A stretch of 57,152 nt of DNA, the filler included, from Porpidia crustulata (Eukaryota), in NCBI GenBank assembly GCA_964255105.1. It is 7 parts of 7 records of this genome, joined end to end, with 100 filler letters (N's around TTAATTAATTAA, not from the genome) between each part and the next. Parts side by side here need not be neighbours in the genome. Positions count along the whole stretch, not along the records: positions 1 to 8,084 come from CAXUWE010001172.1; positions 8,185 to 16,267 come from CAXUWE010001173.1; 5 more parts are not named here. One strand, 5' to 3'. The stretch's first letter is position 1, and each line of letters opens with the position of its first letter. Below are positions 1 to 12,159 of this stretch, one piece after another. The notes under the pieces are model-generated. The model did no database searches and was not told where the DNA came from. It was given only the letters and a program-made list of their open reading frames with translations. Both the position numbers and the translations under genes were made by a program.

Positions 1-1113
1 TGGGTGGCCTTTGCGAGGGTAGCGGCGGTGGCTTTGTGGGATTCCTGTTCGCGAACGTAGGATTCTGCGATTTCGAGGCGCCATGCGTCGAATCGCTCTT
101 GCAGTTTAAGGTTAGACCAGCCAGTAAAGGCGGAATGGAGGTGGCGGAGGTGCCGCTCTTCTTCCTCTTGGGCAGTAGGATCTACGGGCTGATGGCTTGA
201 GTGGCCGTTGGCACCTTTGTGCTGGGGTTCGCTGAACAGACCGGCTGCTGCGCGTTGCTGTCTCCAGTCCTTGAACTTGGATGAAAGGAATAGTTGTAGA
301 GACGCGAATTGAGCGGACCCAGGCGTTTCGATAGGCCAGCATCTTTGATCACCGAAGAAGGTTGGGCTGGAAGGTAATTTCGGTGGTGGTGCAAGACAAC
401 GTAGGCACATTGCTGGGAACGAGAGATTAAAGAAGTTGAAATCGAGAGGTGGTCGTGGATGAGCTCGTCGGCTAAGTGGAAGAGAGAAAGTCAGCAATGT
501 TCCTTTCTACCATTGTCGTTGCATCACTACAGAGATTGTACTTTGCTGCCTTCACGCTCTCCAGGACTTCTTTCAGCGCAAGCTCCGCCGCCCGTCCTCG
601 CTCTTTCTCCTCCAGCGCATCCTGCTTTCGAGCAATCTCTTCCTTCGTGGAAGCCCTTCTGACCGTATTCCGTGGCTTCGGATAAGATGGACTCTCTCTT
701 ATTACAGGCGGTAGATCATTGATGACACCCGTGGCCTGCCAGCTGGGCCTGTTGAAGTTGACCCTGGACGGTGGTGCCTCTTGGTGGCCTGTACCAGTGT
801 AGTGGGTCGTGCTCGGAGGCGAGCTCTGGTCAGGTATCGGGGTCGCCTTCGCGCTCGAGGGGGTCGAGTTTTCCCTTTTTGCTGACGAGGTACGCGCTTG
901 GCGACGGGTGACATTTCCGCGAAGTCTGCGGATTTCGTCCACATCGTGAATATTATCTGGCGGCTTCGCATTCTTCTCCTTTATGTACAGGTCTAGATGG
1001 CGTCCGAGCGAAGAAGAAGTGAAGGGGGCATGGCAAAAAGGACAGTTCTTATCCTTGGGCGTCTTCGTTATGTCGGTGTTAGAGCCAGGGGTACCTGCGA
1101 GGGCATCGGCCAT
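1..1113 (-). CDS. Uncharacterised fungal protein with an N-terminal CxxC..H zinc-finger-like motif; 3' end runs off the window
   Basis: ATG at 1113; motif CPFCHAPFTSSSLGRHL; GT-AG intron 541..472 joins KAAN to RRAHPRPPLDFNFF; the frame stays open to base 1. Confidence 0.75.
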
Positions 1114-1587
1114 TGTCGGAAGAATTACATGCGCTCAGCAGGAATAGGTCCAGCTACAAAGCGATTCAAGAACAGCAATTCGTACACGCCGTTCGATAAG
1201 ATGCTGATAGGAGCAAGCGTCGATCATTTTGGCGCGATCTTTCAAAGGTGTTGGATCCATGATTTATGCCCCCATTGGGTTAGTCTCTCAGGTACCGTTT
1301 CAACGCGTCGCAAATGCAGTTCGCAGCTCTGACAAAGTGCTCACTTCTATTGACAAGATGACCTGGATGTAGCACTGATCGCGATGCGATTGTTCCACAA
1401 GAAGTAATTTGATCCTTGCTATCTGCAAATTTCAATTTGAATCTCAATCTATCTATGCTAACGAATGAGATTCGCAAGCTGGCATACTCCCAGCAGTATC
1501 CCGAGTACATCACCCTCTTCCACAATCAAGAGGCTCAATATTGCAATTAGTCTGGTATCCAGAACAACCATATGAGATGATAGCAGT

Positions 1588-3606
1588 TTACTTTCGATCC
1601 CAGATAGCATCTCCAAGGTGCTCGGTGAGAGCAAGAACCTTCTCCTCTTGCAACCGACGCCCCACCAATTGTAATGATACGTGAGCTCCATCATAGATAG
1701 CCGGGTCATCTACGTGCAATATCAGTATGCGCTCTTGCAGATATTTGGGCTACTCACAGCTCTCTGCAACGGCCTTGTCACGGTCGCTCATAGGTTTGAA
1801 GTCCGCAGCCATCACGTCCACATTTTGATCGGCGTTAGTCACCGGGAATGCACAAGAAGTGTAGTCAAGTACATTGAAAATGGTTGTATAGCCATAGTAA
1901 GCATACTTGGTCGGACGCGCAGCCGTAAATGGAGCCGCTGGTATTATGAGAGCGTCTACAGGTCGTCCAGTGCCAGTCAAGGTTTCGGTACTATTCCAGT
2001 ATTCCATGTATTCCTTTTGGTATTCACGCTTTGCAACATTATTCTTGGCGATCTGACTCGCTTTCCACTGTTCTGTTGGTTTGTCGCCGTATGATGCTGC
2101 TACCTGAGGCGCAATTGGTTCTCCAGACAATTTGAATGCTTCGTGGACGTCTTCACCGCCATCGTAGGTCCAAGTTTTGAACTAGAAGCAATTCAGTCTA
2201 TATCTCTTATTTAATCTGACACTATCGACTGACTCCAATATCGTTCCCCCGCGTGTGCGCTGGTGGTTCCCATTTAATGGCCTAGTGATGATCAGTCACT
2301 AGACTTTAGGGCCTTGGACATGGACATGCCTTATGGCCGAGCCTTTCAAGAGTCGTCATGACAATATCCATCGCCCGTTGAACGGGTGGATGTGGAGTCA
2401 CAGCACCATCGTGCTTCATAATGCCGAATGCCAGCTTTGGCTTTCCGCTCTGAGATCCTTGGATGGAGTCTTTAACTTGCTTTTCGTGGTCATCTCGCCA
2501 GGGTATTTCGTTCACGAGGGGGTCGTGTAACCATGGTTGTTGGGATAGGAGTGACTTGATCAACAGCCGTAACGCACCGACCGAGTGCGACATAGGCCCC
2601 ACGACGGAAAGAATGGAATTTTGTCCTTCCATAGAATTTGCCATTCCTTCATAAGGTAATCTCCCGGCGGAAGGTCGAATGCCGTACAAGCCATTGAATG
2701 CAGCGGGTATACGAATACTTCCGCCAATATCAGTACCGAATCCCACCGGCGACCCTTTCAACCCAACGAGAGCCCCCTCACCTGTGTATACTCAATATTT
2801 GGTACACAATTAACGAGATTTCAACTTACCTCCTGAACTTCCCCCAGCACTAAGATGCCGGTTCTTCGAGTTCCACGTGTACCCAATTATATTATTTATC
2901 GTTTCACCGGACATGAGCGTATGAGGAACGCTAGGATACTCCGTTTAGCATCGAAGTCCAAGACGGCTTGCGGTCGGCCATCGAACTCACGAAGTCTTGC
3001 AATATAGCACAGCTCCTGCCTTGCGAAGCTCAATCACCATCTCACTCTCAAAGACTTTCTCCCGCCCGGTTCCTTTTTTCCCTTGAAAAGTACCCATCCA
3101 CCCAATGTAACCCATTGTTGTCTCTACGCCCTTCACGTGAAATTGGTCCTTCAGACTGACGGGCAATCCATGCAATGGTCCGATAGGAGCTTTGTTTTTT
3201 GCATAATACTCGTCCAGCTCTTTCGCACTCTGAATGGCTGCATCAAAAAACGTCTCATGCAAGCAATTTGTCTTCCTCGGTTGTCAGTGACAAGGTCCAA
3301 CGCTTTCCAAATGGGTCACTTTACAAGCTGGTGCGCAAGACTGGCTCGGTGACAGAATGCTTTGGCGACCTCTTCTGCTGTCCACTGACCTGTTGTCGTC
3401 TTCTTGGCAATGTCGACTGCGTCTGTCTCGGTGATCTCGACTTCTCGTCCAGACAAGAATTGGTGGATGTATTTTCCCGTCACATCTCGCTGTTCTTCGG
3501 CCGTAGGGATCGAATGGAGACGCCATTCTTTCGGAATTGAGTTGAGAATCCCTTCGCGCTTGGATTTGGCCAGGTCCTGCCAAGTCTCGGTTCTTGAAGT
3601 CATCAT
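1588..3606 (-). CDS. Amidase-signature family amidase (acetamidase/AmdS-like), 7 exons
   Basis: Lys-cisSer-Ser motifs GPLHGLPVSLKD, GGSSG|GEG, GTDIGGSIRIP; introns 3324-3272, 2990-2931, 2829-2782, 2329-2282 (GC-AG), 2233-2182, 1757-1710; ends LQLVGRRLQEEKVL...DRK TAA. Confidence 0.93.
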
Positions 3607-5645
3607 GAAAACAATGGATCAACCGCTTGCAATTGACTTTAAAGAAAATGACTGAAGTCGATGAAATGGAAAGAAATGCCTTTGTTCGAAACCCAACTCC
3701 CCACCACCCCACCTAGATAGCCTACCTTAGTGACCCTAATGACGCGCATGAACTAGGTAGCTTTTGGGGAGAGGAGGGGAATTCTTATCGCCTCACTCAC
3801 GCTGTAATCTAAAAGTGTGTGATAAATCCATTTACAGATATGCCGTGTACGCGAGAAAACCAAGTTGAACTCTCATTCCGTAGTGAAGTTTGGATCTCAA
3901 ATCTGAATCTCATACTCTATATGTACTCGTCGATATGATTTTTATTAGTCGTGATCAACACGTAGCAAATAGAATTACTGATGTTGTGTCATGTTGTACA
4001 GTAGAAATGATATCGACTTCAAAATCATTGTAGATTTCAAGAATTGAAAATATATTGAGCGGAAACAATTCTGACGTTCGAGCAATCTCGAGATTCTTTT
4101 AGTGAAGAGCCCGGATTGGCCCGTACCCCTGGCGGCAGGCGAAGGCGTTTTCCATCTTCCAACGTCCGTGGGTCTTCCACTAACCAAGAATCTCTGCATT
4201 TCCTTGCCAGGCCATCACATAAGGTAATTGTAAAGCTTTGCCAAGTAGCGATTTTGCGGAGATGGCTAGTGAATTGGCTGTTGAGTGCTGGTGATGGAGG
4301 CAATCCATACGGAACTGATATGACGCGCTTTCAGACACCCGACTTCGAGTGTGTGAGAGTACCATTGGCTTCGAAGACGAGAGTTGCTGAAGATGAAGCT
4401 CTTCGATCTATTACCCTCGCTAATCGCACAATATCTACCTATACAGTGGAATATTTGCAACTGACCCTATGGCATCGATGCGATTCTTGCCTTAGCGCCT
4501 CGCCGTCGTGGCGGCAACTCAGAAAAGTTCCATCTTCTAATACGGTACGCGGGCTTGAGATAATCGAACCTGTTGAGTCAACCTCTAAGGGCCGACCAAA
4601 TCTTTCCTGACTTTGAATTTCTCTCTGTCTCGAAAAAGCCACCAGACTCCATCAGAACCAGCGTCTCTCCAGCCGGTAAATTCGGCTCTGATATGAAATC
4701 AACTACATTGTGCAGTGGAATCTTTGCCCCCCAAACATGGAATCAGCAAGTATTCAATGGTCAGTGTTTCGAAAAGGTGGCTTTCTGATCTCTTTTATAC
4801 TCGAGCTTGAGATAGATGGATTCATGGAAGAATTTTCAAGACGTTCGAGGCCGACCTGACCTCTTTTTTGATCGTACGCGGTCCAGCTCGAAGCCAAAAA
4901 TCCGTGCCTTTGAGCTATGCCTACTCCGTGGGAAACCTAAACCTAGGCTAACACGGTGACCGTCTACTAATGGCTATTCAGGCTTTGCCCATTTTACTCG
5001 CGCGTGCTGTTTCGTTCATATGCTTTCCCTCTGTGGTTCCCATAACCGCTCGCCACTCCCTTGTACTACGCTTGGGCTCCCTCGTGCTCCCCTTGGTGCC
5101 CACTCCCAGCTCTGTTGATGCTCCCTCTGCGCTCCTTCCGACGCGGCCTTCCTCCCTTGTCCGCACCAAAACGGTAATCGCAAATTCCGAGTTCGACCGT
5201 ATATACGATGGATACACTTTGAAACAAGCTAGACTCGTACCGTGATGCCTAGGATTGCATATACTTGGTAAGTGAAAAATGGAAAATAAAAACAATTTGA
5301 CAAGTTTTACACGTCATTCGGTCTCGAAAAATGCTCTACGTGGCTTTTTTTTCTTTCTTTCTTGTATAGACCTTTTCCTCTTGCAGTTGTTGTAAGGTGA
5401 TTTAGGACTCCTGCGACATTTATTTATTAGCGCTTCATGATATATGGGCACTTCGGATATTGCCTCTGCATTATTTACGCGCAGGAAAAGGTGACCTTCG
5501 TAAGGTAGAGATTCAACATCTCCACCCTCTCAAGCTTCTGTCGATCGAGCCAAAGCTAGTCCCAAAGACTATTGGTCTACACATACTCAAATGTTTCACT
5601 GTCAAGACACCTGCTCAAGTACTCCAATATCAGCCTCTGGTCAAC

Positions 5646-7446
5646 ATGTCCAAGCTTTCGCTTCTCTGTTCTACATCAACAGTTCTACCGTTAGCACTGG
5701 ACACCGAGGCTGTGTACCAGTGGTTAAATCCACCACCGTACGAAAATTTCAATCCAGGAGAAGCCAACCCTGACATGGAGATCCATTGCGTTGGGACCAA
5801 GTCTCAAATCCAGCTACCAGTCCTCAATCCAGGGCGACCAACCGAATTCGGTCCCAACGTATTGACGATACAGGAGCTATGCGCGAAATCCCAGTACGGC
5901 GGCAGTCCAGGCTATCACATTGGCGGGTATTGCATGTACAAGAACCCCAGCCTGCCCGGGCCGAGAGTACCACGCAACAATCTCGTTGTGGAATTTGACG
6001 CCGAACTTCCGGACTCGGGAGCCAACAGACAACTGTCGTTCCTATTGTTAATGGCCGAGTGTCGTCTGAGATGCTATTGCCTCGAGTATCTCACGTACGC
6101 GCCGCCCCGACCTATCGCCAGACGCATGCCGTCTGACCAAACGATTGAACTCACCCTGGACAGCACCGACGTGCGGAGGAATGTCACGGGAGCGCTGGGC
6201 TCACGCGCTGTGCTCGCCACCTTTATGTACCGTGGAGTGCTGCAGTGGAAAATGCAGAGGTATTTGGCGGGATTCTCGCAGGAGAATCTGATGCAAGGAC
6301 CTGGGCCTTGGCTTGGTCGAGAGAGATATGCCTCGCTGAATAGCGCCAATTATATACAATGTGGTGGTGCACCTCCAGCTTTCCCAACTTACGATATACC
6401 ACCTCCGACTTTTCTATTTCGACAAGTTGGTTATGACGGCCTCCGGGTCCATCCTAATCATGCTCTATCCGCGGTGCAACTTGGTAGTGGAGACGGGTTG
6501 GTCTCCCTATAACTTAGATTTCAACATTTTCAGTCACAGACGCTAATTTTGTCTCCTCTCGTAAAAGAAGTCTGAATGCCGGTGGGTATTGCCACCGTTA
6601 CGACTTTAATTCTCCCACGGCGCCAAGACTTGTCGCTTTCATAAACATCCCGAACCCCATGGATCCTCCGGATCCGGTAGGACATCCCCGTAATGTCCAC
6701 ACCAGCGCCTCTATAAGCCTCCACTGTTGGCGGAATTATTGATGCGTAGGAGAGTCGTCAAAATCCAACGCCACCTCTTTTCCTGCCACAGAGGATGGTG
6801 CCACGTAGTGGTCGCTCTCTCAATTTCCCGGCGTAGAACTGAGCAAGAATGATGGGCCGTTGGCTCAGCCTAGCGGCGCTCCATCCTACCGCTCCAAAGA
6901 AGGACAAACGTCCAAAGGTAGGGGGATGAATACTACAACCACACTAAAAGACTTTGCCACCAATTGCTCGGTTGATTGGGGACCCTGCGTTCCACCGTGG
7001 CCAAAAAACGCGGGTCCAGCACCTCAACTCTACATTGATGCGTAAGAGCTGGCTGACCAATCCAAAGAGGAAACAGCAGCATCAGCATCACCAGAAACCC
7101 CGAAAGCGCAAGTTGTAATCATCCTACAGCCGATCTGTACCATCAATGGGAACAAGAACCATACCACAGAAAACCATGCAGGAGAGACGATTACGGGTCC
7201 GCAAAATCACGCCCAGAACACCACAAAGTGCGGAGGTTACTGCAGTACCCGTCAAGACTGTGGGACTAGCGATGACGCCACGGACTGTGAGGCAGAATAC
7301 CGCGAAAGAATGAGGCACTGTCCTATGGCGTTGACCCGGTGTTCCCACGGACGCTATGTCTTGTGTTCCTGAAAGCCACAAGTAATCGCAAATATCTAAT
7401 GCTGCATGACCGATCTGAAGCCGGGGAAGACTTGGACTCGACATGA
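5646..7446 (+). pseudogene. Disrupted gene for a Cys-rich, internally duplicated, probably secreted protein
   Basis: ATG 5646; intron 6497..6567 (GTTGGT..GCTAAT..AAG) extends the ORF into a second copy of the domain; in-frame stops TGA 6740, TAG 6806, TAA 7043; inferred frameshift near 7292. Confidence 0.65.
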
Positions 7447-8084
7447 GATTCTTGTCAGCGGCGTCGTAAAAGACAAAAAGGAAAATGACCAAAAGTAAAA
7501 TAATTACCACGTAGCATGGTAACAGGATGATCACGGTGAACATCTCATCCTGATCTCCTTCATCTTCGTAGGTATTCAGGTTGGTCAGGGCCTGCAGAGC
7601 CTTTGATTGTAGATCCATAGATTTTATGAAGCTCAAGATGACTGCTGGGTATGGTATCCGTAGCATTTCATGACGGTGAGTTCTAATACATGAATGGTTG
7701 AGTATCCTTGTGCGGGCATTGATTTGCTGCTTTCCGATGATCGCCGAGATCATCACGCGCCCGTTTCTTTCGTCCAGCCGTCAGTGCAGTAAAAACTTGT
7801 TGTTTGATGAAGGAAGAGAAAAATCAGGATTCGTGATGGGAAAGGTGGTAAGGGACGTGATTCGATCTCCATCCTTTCGTGTCGAAGAAGAAAGCTTTCG
7901 TCACGGTACCGTGCACTATCGTTCCCTCCTTAGGAGATGACAAGAAAGACTTTTCCCCCGCAGGATATCATGTGTATGCCAAACACACATCCCCGTCTCC
8001 AACCTCCAAAAAACCCGTGGTAACTCTCCAACGGGACCGACCTATCGACGACCGCTCTTATCGATCTCCTCGACACCCCCAAGC

Positions 8085-8184
8085 NNNNNNNNNNNNNNNN
8101 NNNNNNNNNNNNNNNNNNNNNNNNNNNNTTAATTAATTAANNNNNNNNNNNNNNNNNNNNNNNNNNNNNNNNNNNNNNNNNNNN
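8085..8184. other. Artificial contig linker
   Basis: N44-TTAATTAATTAA-N44, which gives stops in all six frames. Confidence 0.99.
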
Positions 8185-9082
8185 GTTATAGACTTGGGGT
8201 TTGGGGGAAGAAAGGCTGCGTTTGTAGGTGGGTCTTCTGGTAGAAGCGGCAGAGCACAAAGGGGCGGCCAACGGGCGTGGGTAGAATGGGAAGTCTAGCT
8301 TGGGGAATTTGGGAGGCTGGGGTGAATCTTATGGCGTCGGAAGAAGGACAGAGGTTCACTTAATTGCTAGCTGTGGAAACAAACAGTCACGAAAGATTTG
8401 ATAGCTTGATAGATTACTGCTTAAACCCATCAACCTACGCTCATACCTATTGTTACAGAGTTATCCTTGACCTAAAGGGAACCGCTTTCGTGCATCCGAG
8501 GGACTGGCTCCATCATTCCTCAATTTTGTGGGAAGAGGGAGAAGTCTTCTCTGGTGTACGAGATCTAAGCCAGAGTTTTCGTTGGCTGAGGCTCGTTTGT
8601 GGTCGGAATGGCGAATGGTCAAAGTGTCATATTTTGTATATTGCTTTAGCTCTGTCGTAGTTTCGAAGGGCTAAAGGCGGGTTTGTCTTATATGATACAT
8701 GAGTGGTTTTGGGGGCTGGATCCATTCGAGATGGCGCTCTGTTCAAATATCATAGATGATAGTAGATTTACGGTGAGGTGGAGGTTGCCAAGAAGTGTCC
8801 AGATAATTACTGAAGTGACACCTGCTGTGGTTATAGCCTAGAGTTCTAGACGGTTCAACTGTGTTGCCCACGGCGGTACTCATGGAGTAGCACAGTATGA
8901 TAATAGAATTCCCGCAACTCGGAGTATCTGATCCTTGATATGATTGCGTTCTTGATGGTCCACGACTCAGGCTCAGCTACGGAAGATAGGCGTAGTTGAA
9001 CGGTCCCATTGTGCAGGCGTTGCCAACCATTCTTAAGCGCTTGTTTCGATATTTCATCTGCAATGCAGGTGGTCAAGTCATT

Positions 9083-10828
9083 TCACACCCGCCTAGGCTT
9101 CTTCTTATCGGGCTCCTCTTCATTATCGCTGATTTCCGCATATATGGTCTTGGGTTGGGTATGCCTCCAAGCATTGGTAAACATCGGATCCTTTTCTGCC
9201 TGCTCCGCATACTTGAGCAGTGCCTCGCGCGGATCTTCGTCGCGCATCGAGCTCAACGGGATGTTGTTCTTGATGTGTGCCTCATCAGGCTGGCTTTTGG
9301 CGAATGGAGTTGTCATTGGGATGTGTGGTCGTCGTGGATCGCGAGAGCGTCCCGAAGCCGTCATACCGACAGTCGGATGACGAGCGGCGTAGCTGGCAGC
9401 GCCCTGGTTTGTCCCTGTTAAGACGCCATTGGGAGTGACGATACTTTCTCCTGATAGACCTTGAGACATGTCGGTAGTGAGATTGGGGTCGTCGTCTATG
9501 TGTCGTCTTTTGGGTGCTTTTGACATGACCATTGCCGCGCCACGAGTCGAGATATTGGGATTGTAGAGGACATGGGTCTCGGCATTGACTGAGCCTGTAA
9601 GAATTTGATTTAGCTTCTCGTGCCATAATACTGTAAGAAGCGCAGATCCAGGGGTAACAGGAGTCACAAGCTCAGGTTTGAGAGTTGCAGGATTCAAGAT
9701 ATGGAGGTGGCCCGTGGCTGACCCAGTAATGATTGCTGAAGAATTTGGAGAGAATCGAATGTCTGTATTGGCGTACTGATCAGATGTGGATAAATGCTCC
9801 ACCTCGCTGACAGGCTTTTTGAATTTTCTAGTATCCCAAAGTTTAATCATATTGTCGCCGCCTCGAGATACCACTGTCCTCCCGTCATTGCTGATATCAA
9901 TGCCTCCAGTCCATGTATCTGGCTGGTGTGCATCACGTATCTCTGCAGCAGGCCTCGAATAGGGGCCTCCTCCACCCCACATAACAAGACTACCATCAAG
10001 TGCTGCTGCAATAAGAAGGCTATTGCCTCCCTGAACCTGAGAGCCCCATGCCACTGCTGTCATCCTTGTTCTTCCTGCAGACCCAGCCGCTCTTGACTTG
10101 TGTACAATCACCTCTTTCTGGGTCCTCTTGATCCCAACGTCCCATATTCGTAATGTACTGTCCGTACCAGCTGTAACACATAGATTTTTGTCTGTAGGAT
10201 GCCATGCTCCAGTAGTAATCTCGGAAATATGACCCTTTGTATTATGCATATCCCGTAGATACATATCTCCTTTGACTAACTCAACCAGCTGTTCACCATC
10301 TCGATTGAAAATCTTAGCCTGCGGAGTAGCAGTGATTACGAGTACTTGGCTGGGGGACAGGGGGTTGAATTCAACGTGATGGACTGGATGCGTCTCTGTA
10401 TTCGCAGAGCTCTTCGTTGCGGTAGGATCTATGGACTTGAACGCTCGTAAAGTAGTCGGTGTCATGGATGCAAAATCGTGGAATTTGACAGTGCAATCTG
10501 TGGAGCCCGTGATCAGTCGAGAGCCGGAAGGATCAACGGTCATCGTGGTAATTGTTCGCTCATGAGTCTTGAGAACAAGCTCATGGGATACTGGATATTC
10601 CATTTCATCCCCAGAGTCATCGTCATCCGAGTCTTCGGTAGAACCGTTCCTGCTGTCTGCATCCTTTATGGCTTCGGTAGTTTTCTCAACCACATCCTCG
10701 ACCGTCCGTTTACTACGCTCAATTTGTTGCGCAACATTAGTTTCCTTGGCTTGCTTTCCGAACCCAGAGGGCAAAAAATGTTTCAAAGCCTCATCTTCTT
10801 CCACCGTGATGTTGTCGTTGTCGTCCAT
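9083..10828 (-). CDS. WDR70: WD40-repeat protein WDR70 (GAD-1-like), single exon, 581 aa
   Basis: LPSGFGK N-terminal motif, KGDMYLRDMHNTKGH, several WD repeats, C-terminal DEDPREALLKYA and KKKPRR NLS. Confidence 0.9.
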   Translation of the reverse strand: MDDNDNITVEEDEALKHFLPSGFGKQAKETNVAQQIERSKRTVEDVVEKTTEAIKDADSRNGSTEDSDDDDSGDEMEYPVSHELVLKTHERTITTMTVDPSGSRLITGSTDCTVKFHDFASMTPTTLRAFKSIDPTATKSSANTETHPVHHVEFNPLSPSQVLVITATPQAKIFNRDGEQLVELVKGDMYLRDMHNTKGHISEITTGAWHPTDKNLCVTAGTDSTLRIWDVGIKRTQKEVIVHKSRAAGSAGRTRMTAVAWGSQVQGGNSLLIAAALDGSLVMWGGGGPYSRPAAEIRDAHQPDTWTGGIDISNDGRTVVSRGGDNMIKLWDTRKFKKPVSEVEHLSTSDQYANTDIRFSPNSSAIITGSATGHLHILNPATLKPELVTPVTPGSALLTVLWHEKLNQILTGSVNAETHVLYNPNISTRGAAMVMSKAPKRRHIDDDPNLTTDMSQGLSGESIVTPNGVLTGTNQGAASYAARHPTVGMTASGRSRDPRRPHIPMTTPFAKSQPDEAHIKNNIPLSSMRDEDPREALLKYAEQAEKDPMFTNAWRHTQPKTIYAEISDNEEEPDKKKPRRV

Positions 10829-11354
10829 AGCTTGGTCGTGGTGTTGACCGCGTTGTCAGGCACAAGGTGCGAATTGAACAACAGATTCGCTTCGTCTCTC
10901 TATCAGGTGTGGCTAGGGTGGGCTGGGACGGAGAACAGGAAATTTCAAATTGATCAAACATCCTTGCGTTTTATTCATTTCTATTTCAGATCACTGTCTT
11001 GTAGAACTGCTTGGATGTTAAACTACATGTGACGCCGTAAACTATTTACATCGTCCCTTATGCGGGTTTCTGAGTTGCATCGATTTCTAAGCAGCGCCTT
11101 CATGTTTCTCCCGCCAAACATTCAATTGAGAATATGCACCTTTTCGATCGGGATGCAGTGGGATGGACTTCAAATTCCATCGTACCTTGCAACAGGATCC
11201 ATTGCTTTGAATGGGAAAAAAGTACCAGCAAGACATTCCCCGTACCCCAAACTTAGCAGTGAGCTCGATACCGTAGGAAATGGCCAAAGTTTACATTTGA
11301 GGATGAATTCTTCTCCAAGTCTCAAGGTTTTCAACGGTATGAAGCTGGATGTCC

Positions 11355-11713
11355 TCAGTGCTGTCCCTCGCTATGGCCCCCCTCGCTATGGACCCCCTCG
11401 CTGTGTCCATGATGCTCATCCTGTAAAAAAAGATACTCATAACCACAATATGCCGCAAATGCTACGGTGGCTATCCCCAAGCCCGGAAAAGTACCCTTGA
11501 ATCGGTTGAATCTAGTGAATGGGCCAGTGTACCTCCATGTCTCCCTGTTATCGGGTTCGTTAGCGCTAGCCTTGACGATGTCTTGCAAGCTTTTTGTCGA
11601 TTGAATTGAAGGGCTTCGTACATTCTACCCCATGGATCCTTGGCCGGTGTACCAGAAGCTGCGACGAACTTGCGTACGTCAAAGCCGGTGAGGTTGGCTC
11701 GAGGAGGCGCCAT
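11355..11713 (-). CDS. NDUFB3: Complex I accessory subunit B12 (NDUFB3), 2 coding exons
   Basis: Spliced KDPWGRM-ETWRYTGPFTRFNRFKGTFPGLGIATVAFAAY, single TM segment, His-rich tail; candidate 5'-UTR intron 11770..11718. Confidence 0.9.
11358..11411 (-). repeat. 15-bp tandem repeat (3 copies) encoding HSEG[VGQ]
   Basis: ccctcgct(a/g)tg units spaced 15 bp apart; peptide HGHSEGVHSEGGHSEGQH. Confidence 0.85.
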
Positions 11714-12159
11714 GATGCTTTCAGAAATTTTAGTGTACGAAGTTTAGAAAGTCTATGTTTAAGTACTCACCAATGCGGCCAACCAACGACTATGATGCTT
11801 CTGAAGCGTGTCTTTCCAATAGCATGTTTGCATTGATTGAAGTCAACGTGGGTGCCGTGTAAAGGCGGCTCTCTCCGTGCCGGATGATCAGCAGCGCTAG
11901 TGGATTGTAGGTGTTCCGCTGTTCACTATTGAACCTCGGGGACTTACGTCAAATTCGCACATTACCTTCGACGCTTTGAAGTCGCTCGCTGTTCTGCACC
12001 TCAATTCAGGCGTAGATAGCTTGACTGCACTACTTTCTATCTTGGATCCAACCTTGACTTTACAGGAATAACGGGAAGTGCTGCAAGTCCAAGCTCCATG
12101 ACCTACTTGGGAACTCAACATAGCATCGCCTTGTTTTCGCCAAGTTGACCACATCCATC

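Noticed and set aside
3975..5300. Short ORFs between the amidase and the Cys-rich pseudogene; likewise 28000-29500 and 45700-47900
   Set aside because: No recognisable domain, splice model, terminal repeats or transposase/RT motifs; degraded genes cannot be excluded without a search
6740..6742. In-frame TGA as selenocysteine
   Set aside because: It aligns with an aromatic residue in the first repeat, other stops are TAG and TAA, and ascomycetes lack Sec machinery
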